From the NCBI GenBank assembly GCA_046563655.1, contig CM102289.1, forward strand, positions 620,001 to 684,000: a stretch of 64,000 nucleotides of DNA, written 5' to 3'. Below the pieces are notes generated by a model. The model did no database searches. It saw only the letters and a program-made list of their open reading frames with translations, and was not told where the DNA came from. The translations under genes and the position numbers were made by a program. The stretch's first letter is position 1. Each line of letters begins with the position of its first letter. Source of the DNA: Yuukianura sp. NJ FZ-2021 (taxonomy: Eukaryota). Shown one piece after another: positions 23,528 to 33,813 of this stretch.

Positions 23528-24771
23528 TTAAAAAAATGGAGACCAGGAGGGAGTTGAGTAGTGCGCTCCAGTTTGGCTGTGGACGTAGTGATTTCGCGGA
23601 TTGCCCCAACTACCCGAGTACACTGGAATTCTCTGCGACGGCATGATCTGGCTAGCATGGTACCTGGTAAAAAACATATAATATCATAATATAATATACA
23701 TAAAAGAATAATATATTATATATAAATATATTTTATAGTTTTGTACCTGAACCGTCGTCGAGCTCTCATTTCTGATGGATTAAACACGAACTGTGGGTTG
23801 TATGCGTCGGGGTAAGCAGGGTTGCGGTACCAGGGGTTGTACACCCGTCCAGCGTTTGCCCGGCTCGTCGGACCCGCCCAGACATGTCCAGCGTATGGAC
23901 CAAAGGAGTATGGATAACTGACTTGTGGGACATGCACTCTTCGGTGGACGTAGGATGGATGGACGGGTTGGACGTAGGACGGATGGACAGGTTGGACATA
24001 GGACGGATGGACGGGAATTACGTCCGACCGAGGTTCCGGCTCCACTTCTTCGGCGGGTAGTTCAAACCGATACTGTGGACGTGGGGGCGGGGATGAGTAG
24101 CGTCTAGATGCTGGACCCGCCCTGTACCCAATCCCGCCCAACTTCATTCCACTTTGTGCCTGTGATGGACCCCTTAATGCTGCTGGGCCCTGAAGCTTCG
24201 CTGGACCGAAACTTGGTCGTCCTATGATAACATTTCAAAAATATTTTCAAAAAATTTAAAATTTTTCAAAAATTTTACATTCTGTTCAAACATTTTGGTT
24301 TTACCATGTTGAGGCTGCGTTGGGTGGTGGCTGGGGTGGGTGCTGTGAGCTACAAGAAAAAATTTGATTTCATTTGTTATATAGAAAAAAATGACAAAAT
24401 TTTGCCTTTCGCTACTTTGGTGCACACGAAAGTTGACTTATTACTTTAGTTAGGTTTGTATTAATATAAATATATTAAATTTATATAAAATGATATATTT
24501 AATTACATTCTGGTCCAGTTGGCCTTCCATCTGGATTTGGAAACAGTTTAGAGAAGTCTGGTGGGTAGATGGCCTCGTCATCTTGTTCGTCATCTCCATC
24601 TTCGTCGTCATCCTCTTCATCATCATCTTCGTCTCCAGCATAATTGTTTTCATTTGACATTCTGCTCGTGCGCGGTTCGTAAACTTCCAGAAACGGATAG
24701 GGATTGGCTGCTGCCAACTCCAGCATCAAGCACAGTCCAAGTAACACCCAAACTACCTTCATCCCGGTCAA
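23528..24771 (-). CDS. Secreted low-complexity protein (acidic tract, Pro/Tyr/His-rich, (PVHPSYV)3), multi-exon
   Basis: Signal peptide MKVVWVLLGLCLMLELAAA, D/E tract, further exons at ~24350-24305, 24221-23747 and 23664-23528; some splice phases unresolved. Confidence 0.6.
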
Positions 24772-25559
24772 AGGTCACAAAGAAATGGCTTCAAAATCCA
24801 AAAATTTGAATTTCAAAAAAAAAACTCCGTTCGCGAATTTTTTGAAATTTGATGTTTCTCGGTGTAAGTGTTTCTGGAAACTGAAGTAGTTTTGGCTTCG
24901 GTCGATGAATTTTGACTTGTTTTCTACAATTTATTTCATTAAAAAAGAAAAAAGAAGATTTTGTATATCTTTTTGTTCGTTTTCTGCTCCCGGGCAAATT
25001 CAACGCAGAGGTCATTGACCTCATCATGGAAAACAGGATTTCTGCTCCTCAAATCCGAAGTGATGAAGAGGTCGCCAACCCTCAGCATGGAAAACCTGAT
25101 TTCAAAATCAAAACTCGTTTTGTTTTGCTTTTTGGTTTCTGATTTGCATTTTTTGAAAAAGTTGAACGATTAGCAAAATGTTTTCGCAGGCATCAAGGTC
25201 AGCGTCCCTCGGCCATTCGCCACCGTCTGACTTTCTGCCCATACAAAAAGTGGACAAAAAGTCCAAAATTCAAAAAAAAATTCCAATAGAAAGTTGAAAA
25301 ATTTCCTCGGAAAGTCAAAAAATTTCCTTGGAAAGTCTGAAAACTTTCTTCACTATTGCTAATTAAACTCTTACTATTTATTACAGTTTCACTTTTTTTA
25401 AAAATATTTGACACTACACTACGCACATGACTACTTCTTTCTTTCAAAAAGTCAAAGTAACCTTTGACTTTTGACTTTTGACGTTTAAATTTGACTTTGC
25501 TCAAGAACTATGTTGTGGTCAAACTTTTTAACGTTAATTTTTGACGTCACTGTTTGACG

Positions 25560-27002
25560 TTATGCTTGAAGCATAAAAATGACATAGGTCGTGACGATAC
25601 TGAAGACGTAGAGGATCGTTGATCGTGAAAAGATGAAGAATCCACCAGCTGAAAAAGCGACCGGATTGGCCTGGCTTCCAAGCAAATGGACTTGAATCAA
25701 CTGCAGATCCGACGATTTCGGTTTTTTGACTTTCATCAAATTCGTTGTAATTTCGGAATCGAACCATCGTGCCGTTTCGTGTACATTGCCCAGCATAATA
25801 AGCACAACCATGAGGCGAATGAGGTAAATCAATCCCTGTCCGGCAAAAAAACCGATTCGATCAGAAGTGCTGCTGTAGAAATCCGCTTCCTGAGAAAAAC
25901 CGTCAAAAAAGTTCGGCTCCTGTGCCGTACCGTTTCGCATTTCTGCGTCGAATCTGCCTGATTTGAAGATGGCGGCAAGTCCAAGGCTTTTGATTTGCAG
26001 AAAAAAGAGGAGGCAGACGTGGATGACGAGCCATGCAATGTCGAGTGCCAAAATGGCACCGAAGATGCAGTTGATCAGGCGCTGTTTGAGGCTAATGTAA
26101 GAATACCGTTTTATGGCGGTCATGATCGGTTCGGTCGGATTCGGTTCCGTTTTTTCGGTTTCAAGCAACGGTGCAGTTGGATAATACGGAATACCGTATG
26201 CCGAACCGTTCATTTTTTCATTTTCCAGTTGAATCATAACAGCTTGCATGTTGTTTTTCAAGTTACCGGTGCCAGTACCGGTTTGAAGTTTCCCGGTACC
26301 GTTTTCCTGTTCGATGACATCTTTCATCTGCTTCTGGATTTTCCCAATGTTGTTGACAATTGAACAAGAAACGGATGCGCAAAGAACTTCTACGAGTGCG
26401 CATGCCGATTGGGTAATGATGACCAAATAGAATTGGTACAAGCAGTTCATGGCGACCATCGACGGCGACGGATCGGCGACATAATAGAGAAAGTAGATTT
26501 CGGATGTCGGATGTCGCAAAGTGTCGAAAGCAACCAGAAATGCTTGAATTGTCGCCAGAAACACGTAGAATCCATAGAATCTTCTGGCACCTTGAATCAC
26601 TCGAGGGCAATTTGTGATTCCTTTCATGCACACAGTGCTCTTGAATTCTTGACATTTCACAAAAAAGTGTGTGAAATTTTCACGTTTTTGCAAAGTTACG
26701 GCCAAAATTAAAAGTGAAATGCCCGGAGCTGTCATAGCAGCAAAAAGGAATCCAAGTTTGATCATACTTTGTCCACCAATCAGAGCCCGCGAAAATTGAA
26801 ACGTCGTGAAACTCAGCTGCAGCAGCAAAATTATGATGGTGACCAAAGTTTTGAAAAATTTTGTCGACTTGGCCCGAAAAACGACAATTTCGCCAACAAT
26901 TTCATGCGGACAGACGCCGAGAAACTGGTTGACTAAAAGTACTGGCTTGACAATGTCAAGCATCGTCAGTGGTTTGCAGGTCGGACCGGAAGCTCCACCC
27001 AT
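25560..27002 (-). CDS. Gustatory receptor (7tm_7 superfamily), intronless
   Basis: Multiple TM segments; C-terminal FSAGGFFIFSRSTILYVFSIVTTYVIFMLQ GR signature. Confidence 0.9.
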   Translation of the reverse strand: MGGASGPTCKPLTMLDIVKPVLLVNQFLGVCPHEIVGEIVVFRAKSTKFFKTLVTIIILLLQLSFTTFQFSRALIGGQSMIKLGFLFAAMTAPGISLLILAVTLQKRENFTHFFVKCQEFKSTVCMKGITNCPRVIQGARRFYGFYVFLATIQAFLVAFDTLRHPTSEIYFLYYVADPSPSMVAMNCLYQFYLVIITQSACALVEVLCASVSCSIVNNIGKIQKQMKDVIEQENGTGKLQTGTGTGNLKNNMQAVMIQLENEKMNGSAYGIPYYPTAPLLETEKTEPNPTEPIMTAIKRYSYISLKQRLINCIFGAILALDIAWLVIHVCLLFFLQIKSLGLAAIFKSGRFDAEMRNGTAQEPNFFDGFSQEADFYSSTSDRIGFFAGQGLIYLIRLMVVLIMLGNVHETARWFDSEITTNLMKVKKPKSSDLQLIQVHLLGSQANPVAFSAGGFFIFSRSTILYVFSIVTTYVIFMLQA

Positions 27003-28536
27003 TTGTCAAAATTTTGAAAATTTTGAAAAAAAAAAGTTGGAGTTTTTAAATTATTGATGAAATGAACCAAAATTTGGTTTGGTGAAAGTTGACAGTTGTT
27101 GGTGAAAGCTGAAGGTGAACTGAAGAAAATCGAAATTTTGAAAGCCGTTTTTTTGCTGCGTTTTTTGGACGCGCAGAAAGTGGGAGGAGCCGAATCAATG
27201 CCAAATTCATTTTCGAAAAAAAGAGAGATAATCAAGTTTCGTGTTTAAAAAAAGTTTTGTTCAATTTTTTTTTGCTTTGATTAGTGAAAGTGTAGTTTCA
27301 TTTTGGAAAAACAATGCCAATAAAAATTTTAACTTGGATTGTCTAATAACACTGAAATTTCGATGTTTCTGACACAAAAGTTAATTCTTCCAAAGCACGC
27401 TCAAATTTTTAATGGCTTAATTTCAGCATCGATCAGGCACTAAAATATAAAGTACAGTTGGAAGCTTAAGTGGTTTTTTTTTTTCAAAACCGAACTTTTT
27501 CGTTGGTACACAAGAGAATTTGATCATTTCCGTAATTTTTTTTTCGATCGCTTTTTTTTGATTTTTTCGCAAAAAGTCTGACCTTGCTTAATGAAGTCAA
27601 GCGTAGAGCAGAGTCGCTTTGCTATTGTATTAGCGCAAATTCATTTTCGTTTTCATCAATAACAACGTGATGACAAAGTAATTGACAAAAGTGACGCAAA
27701 TGCAACAACCAACTTCAGGAGATTCACGAACGGCAATAATCGTACCGCAGTTTCAATTTTTTACTGTACAATTTTGAAAATCAAAAAATTGAAGTCAACT
27801 GAGCTTAAAAAACGTAGTTTATCATATGTTGAAATTTCGATTCATTTCAAATTTTCAAATTGATTCCTAAATTTTAACTTTTTGATACCCGGTTTCTAAT
27901 GTGGGTGCAGGCACTCGCTAAACCCTGCTACCCGGGTAAAATAACGTTCCTAATTTCCAATCCATTAGGAATTTGGGCAGATGCGACTTCAGAACCTCCA
28001 CCCCAAGAGTCCACTTTGCCTTAACAACAGAAATTAGCATATGCCCATCACTGTCTCCACTCGTCGGATATCCCTTTGTTCTTCAATTACTTTAATCAAT
28101 TTGAAATTACTCAATTTAGGAAGTATTGATCCCCAGACACACCTAACACAACTTTCCAATTTAGGTTGTGCCAAATTCTAATCTAGGATCAACTGGTTAA
28201 GCTTTAGATCCCAGATTACGTTTTCCAAAAACGTTTGTATCAAAAAGCAAAAAAAAATTATGAATCATAGAATTAATGACAATAGAATTATAGGATTTTT
28301 TGTTTTATTACAACGACTTAAAACGATTTTTACATGTTTGACTACAATACGTTTATGCAGAGTTCACAAACTTTCTCCTGAAATTTTCACTTTTTCTCAA
28401 AAAATCTTCATCTTCTTTTTCAAGTTTGCACTTCCCCCCAAAAATACTCATTTTCCCACCAAAATTTCCACTTTCCACTCACAATTTTCACTTTCCCGAC
28501 ATATTTTTAACTTCAGTATACTACTGTAAGTTTGTT

Positions 28537-29862
28537 TTAAGCTTGAAGTAAAAACACGAGGTATGTCGTGACGATGCTGATCACGTACAGAATTGTTCCT
28601 CGGTTGAAAATGAAGAATCCACCAGCCGAAAAGGCCACTGGATTCAACTGGTATGACAGCATTTGGATGTTGATCAACTGGAGGTCATGTGACCGCGGAT
28701 TGTCCACACGCAGAAGACTCCCGTTGATGGCTCCTTCCAGCCACTTCGAAGCATGGTACACTCGACCAATCGAAATCAGCATAATTGATAGCCGTATGGC
28801 ACAAGTAACGCAACTCCAAATGATCATCGCCAGTCGAAGTTGAAATCCATAAGTCATCACGTAACTTACATCTGATGGACGAGGATTCAGCATTCGGATT
28901 TCCAGAAACAACAGCAAACAGACGCTGGTGACCAGCCAGGCAGTATTCAGCGCCAGTATTGTCCCGAAGATGCAATTGACTGCTCCTTGATGCTGCGCAA
29001 TCACTTCATAACGTTGCACAGCTTTCGTGACATGTGCAACACTTCCGCGTGCCTTTTTTGAATTTTGGCCAATTTCGGCCACTGGCTGAATTTTTTTGTC
29101 CGCGGTGGTTTCGTCCGGCAGAAACTTGTAATTTTCCAAATTAGGTTCAGCCAGAAGTAGAATTTGACGTACTTCGGCCACCAGAGCTTCGCGAATCAAG
29201 TTAAGTGAATTGAACAAACCGACGGCTAGTGCTGGACAAAGAACTTCGACAAAGGATAAAGCCGCGGACGAAATGAGGATAATGTAGACAGCAAAAACGG
29301 CCCCAAAAATTTTCACGTTTGTCGACGGTTCGGCAATGTAGAACAAAAGCGAAACGTGTTTGGCTGGTTGCAGATAAAATTCGACGCCAAAGAGAATGGC
29401 TGAAACGACGGCTAAAACGACGTAGAATTTGTAGATCCGGCGGGAATAGATGATGGCTTGGTCGCAATTGACAAATTCACGCATCACGCGCTCAATTCGG
29501 TCCAAATTGAGAAAAAAGTCGGTAAATTGTTGGCGTTTGTAGAAAGATAGTAAGAGGATGAAGGTTGGAATGGAAACCATGGCCATCCAGAACCAAAGTT
29601 GAGTCAGTACAAGTATGTTCTCGCCGTGGCAAAGAGAATAGACCAATTGGAACGCCAGAAATCCAAGATAGACCAATAGAATCGCAAGGTTCAAAAGAGT
29701 TTTGATGCAGGACGCCGACCACCACCGGAAACAAAGTTGGTTTCCACAGAATTTGTGTGGAAAAACGCCCAAAAATTGGTTGACCCGGATGACCTGACCC
29801 ATCAAGGTTCTGCGGTCACTGTCTTCCTCAGCAGCTTCTAACTCTTTGCCCATTTTACTCAA
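28537..29862 (-). CDS. Gustatory receptor paralog, intronless
   Basis: FSAGGFFIFNRGTILYVISIVTTYLVFLLQ; similar to the 25560-27002 gene. Confidence 0.9.
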   Translation of the reverse strand: MSKMGKELEAAEEDSDRRTLMGQVIRVNQFLGVFPHKFCGNQLCFRWWSASCIKTLLNLAILLVYLGFLAFQLVYSLCHGENILVLTQLWFWMAMVSIPTFILLLSFYKRQQFTDFFLNLDRIERVMREFVNCDQAIIYSRRIYKFYVVLAVVSAILFGVEFYLQPAKHVSLLFYIAEPSTNVKIFGAVFAVYIILISSAALSFVEVLCPALAVGLFNSLNLIREALVAEVRQILLLAEPNLENYKFLPDETTADKKIQPVAEIGQNSKKARGSVAHVTKAVQRYEVIAQHQGAVNCIFGTILALNTAWLVTSVCLLLFLEIRMLNPRPSDVSYVMTYGFQLRLAMIIWSCVTCAIRLSIMLISIGRVYHASKWLEGAINGSLLRVDNPRSHDLQLINIQMLSYQLNPVAFSAGGFFIFNRGTILYVISIVTTYLVFLLQA

Positions 29863-30204
29863 AATTTTGAAAAAAATTATGACAAATTTGAACAGTTTTT
29901 GAAAAAAAAATTGTTTTGGTTTTGTTGATGCTTGGTCTGTCCAAAATCGACTGACTTGTGAATTTCTCTACGCATAAGAGCTAAACAAATTTTCTGCTTT
30001 CACCAGAACTTTCTCCTAACTTATTCCCGAAGCTTTTGATCATTTTTCGACCACGCCACAATGCTCATGTGCAGAACTGCTTGACAAGATAAAATATTCC
30101 AAGTTTCAAAAATTTGAGTAACAAAGTAAAAGAAATCTTAGGAAGAATATGAATTCGTGGTATATATTTTGTGTTTAATTTGCCACATGTGACTATCTAG
30201 CTAC

Positions 30205-33013
30205 TTAATTACGTTCCCTTAACCCAACTGAATTTGATATGCGTATTCTTGTGCGAGTACATTTAGTTGATATCCATGTGGCAACTTGTCGCAGTAGAAG
30301 TTTGAACTCTGTGCGAAATTTGTTGCCGAGCAAGCAGTAGAGGATGAAATTAACGGTAGAATTGAGTAGTATTGGTAGACAGACAATTGTTGCCGCCACT
30401 TCAGGCTCCACTCCCTTCAGAATAAAGTTGAGTTCCAGTGCAGCAGCCAAGGAGTTAAGCAGGATGAACACAAACACAACTGAAAGCAACATTCGAGTCA
30501 GCGAAGAGTCATGCGCAGAAGTGTGGGTAGCTGCAGTAAGGCGCCGCTCTCTCGCTGCTTTGGTTGCCTTAAACATAACATGAACAATATATTTTATTAC
30601 TTTACGTTTCTGTTGTTTATAACTTTTGTTTGAAATTTACCTTTCGAATGATGAGTATGTTGAGTGTGACGATGGTAACAAATGGAATGAAGTAGATGCA
30701 TAGATACCAGAGCAGTTGCTGGTAAACGATTTGGTAGAGTGGATATCTGTGCAACTGACGCGGGAAACTTCTGCTCCACTCAGGAGAAGATGCTTCGTAG
30801 CTCCATTTCACAAATTCAAACCAACGTGGCATGTTCAAAAATGTTGCAAATCCAAATACTAACAGTGTGTACCGTCGTGCCTTCCGTATTGTAAAAAATG
30901 ATGATACTTGCAGTGGTTTCGAAATTGCAACAAAGCGTTCTACCGTAACCAAAATCGTCATGTACACCGAAGCTGTGTACACTGTAGAAAAAGATTAAGC
31001 ATATATGACATTAGTTTATATAATAAACATAAATAGTTCAAGTACAGTTTCAAGTTGTATATAATGAATGTAAGCTTAAATACTTACTTGTTTTGTTGAT
31101 TGGGTAAGCTAAATATCCATTCAAATTTGAGCGCAGAAATTTATCATGAAACAAATTGCCGAATTCCTCCGACGTGACAAACAAGGTGATCAAGTATATG
31201 GAATCGCAGCATGTGAGTCCCAAGAGAAGTGTGCTGGTTGAGCTTCGCATTGCTTTGCGCATGAGCACAACGAAACTCAAGAAGTTACAAGCAAGTCCAA
31301 TGCCACAAATGCAGTAAACAAATGCCATGTACGTGTTGTAGATTTGCGACAACAGCCTTGAAGTTATTTCCATTTCCGACAATCCATATAATTTCAAATG
31401 ACGTGCAATCCTGTACTCTTTTCTGAGCCATCCGTCCCCATGTACATGGCTAAACCTGTACCCAACTCCCCCGTTTAGGGTAAACCGTACTATGTGTTCT
31501 CCTTCATAAGTGTGGTCGGGAAATGTTGCGCTTAAAAATTTTTTGATGACTGTTTTGAATTGACCTTTGACCTTTTCTCCAGGGTCATACGCAGGTATTT
31601 TGATATGAATATCTTGGATTCCGTGTTTTACGAATTGTAAAAGCAACGTTTCATCTAAAACATCCACCATATCCAATTCAATTACCGCGACATGAGGAAA
31701 AATAGTGCCAATATTGTTTAAAATTGTGTCGTCAATTGTACACCTCTTGAATGCCAAATGCCATATATTTGACAACGGTCGTACTGGCAGCACATTTGCT
31801 CTAACGTCAACAAACTGCAACGATAATCCTCGTGTTGACTTCAATCCGGGTGACCTCAGGTCAACTACTGGACACTCTTCATCCAAATACTGACAGTTGA
31901 TGGTCAGAGATTTCAATTCATGGCTTTTCAAAATATCTTCTAATTTAGTATTCCACAAATACGAATTTTGTAGTTGAAGTTGTCGAAATTGTTTGGATAA
32001 ATTGAAAAGGCCGAGGTCAATGTCACCAAAGGTCACTCTTATCGCCTGTAGTATGGTGAATTGTTGTCTTAAGTGAGGAGGAGCCGAGTTGTGGCGGAAA
32101 CTCAACGATTCTGTTTCAATTGTGAGGAGTGATGCTGGAAGAATTGCGACGTCAATTGCTTCAGGAACTTTGCTAGAAATATTTAGATATTGAAGGTGAA
32201 CAGCCGTCTTTATAAGTTCTGAAATTGTCCCACCCATGAGGTCATTGGAGCGCAAGGACAGAGTTTGGACAGAGGCCAGGTTCAACGACTTCACATCAAT
32301 TGTACAGTACTCTGCTTGGAATGTTTTGAACTTTGTGGCCATGCTGTACAACAGTCTCCAAATGGCGTCATCTTTGATGTTCTTTACTTCCAACGTTGAC
32401 TTGCGCGATCGCAAGAATCCATCTTGCGCAGGAATGAAATAAATGTCAAAGTTCAAATGCTGGAGTACTGTGTATATCCCTGTGCCTGTGCTTCCATTTG
32501 TATAAAAGAAGATGGCAGACTCTAACTCTTGTCTGACGTTCCCAGCATATTGTGCATCACGAATTGGTTCAAATTCAAAATATTTTAAATTTGGAACGTG
32601 AATCTTTCGGAAATTCGTTTCAGTTTTCCACTCCCACTCTACCTCCCTCAACTTCAAAGTTATCAAATTGGTACAATTGGTTAAAAAATTTGCGAGTGTG
32701 GATCTCTTCACTCGCACAAATTTCAATACCACTGCTTTCAATGTGCACTCCCCATCGACTCCTAACATTTTCTCCACAACTCCGTCCAAATCCGCCAGAA
32801 AAGTTTTGTTTCCTTCCAGTATCATTCTATTTTCCTTTAAAAATCAAAATAGCATGTATTATATTGAATTCTTTTAGTTATAATTAATTAAACGTTCTAT
32901 ATTATTTATATAAATATTTTCCTACTAAGTCTTAATGTACTTACATCGATATACAATTCGCCCTTGGCCTCTGAAGCAACAAAAAGTACTAAGAAATTCA
33001 TGAACAAATTCAT
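30205..33013 (-). CDS. LRR-ectodomain / FMRFamide-receptor-like GPCR, copy 1 (intact, 839 aa); exons 33013-32945, 32834-31088, 30981-30641, 30567-30205
   Basis: Signal peptide exon MNLFMNFLVLFVASEAKG; LRR-like repeats run without an intron into TM1-2; TASVYMTILVTVERF, NMPRWFE, YFIPF, LTRMLLSVV, NSTVNFILY; all splice phases consistent. Confidence 0.85.
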
Positions 33014-33813
33014 GTTATAAATTCGACTGTAAATTTTTTAAATTTCGAAATTTGATGCCAGATTTTCCAACTCGTACGCCCTTTTGCTTTGTGAAGGTAA
33101 AACAAAGAAGGAAAGTTTAAATTTATCCGATTTCGTAAAATAAAAATATACTAATTAAACATAATAAGACACAACTAATTAAGTTTCTAATTAAATCATA
33201 TAATAAACCTTTTGAAAAAATTAGAAATTCTCTAATGCGTACTGTACCATAATTAAAATGCAGGAAAATAAGTTCCTTAAATCATTAACAAATTTCCCGC
33301 CACGATTTTTTTTTACATTCAGAAAGGAACCGCATTTGAGGAAAGTTTGTAACCACAACTTGCTAGAAAAATTGAAGTCGCGGCATAACAAATTGATTTA
33401 ATTTTTTGTAAAACGAAAGTGTGCATGCGAAATCGTAAGATGATAGACATTGTTTTTATTTTAAAATGTTGAACAAGGTCAAAGATCAATTCAAAATCAC
33501 GTCGTCTGTTTAGTTTTTAAACTTAATTTAATTCGCGGGCATTTTGTAGTTATGTGTCAAATGAGGTCAAATAGCAATAGTTCCTTAGTAGTTATGTAAA
33601 CCTGCGCAGACGCAAGTCGCCAACCCTTGACATGTCCGGAAAACTGTGCTTGTGTAATGTAACGCTGCCCTGATGGAAGACTGTCAGAGGCATGCTGTAG
33701 TCGAGTAGCCGCATGAGAAATTAAATGTTCCAAAATTTCATCAACTTGAGTAACAAAAAGTAAATTAAAAGAAACCTTAGCAAAAATATGAATTCGTCGC
33801 GTATATTTTGTGT

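Noticed and set aside
24791..25504. Possible small gene between the secreted protein and the first GR
   Set aside because: There is some coding-like sequence, but I could not build a consistent start/splice model
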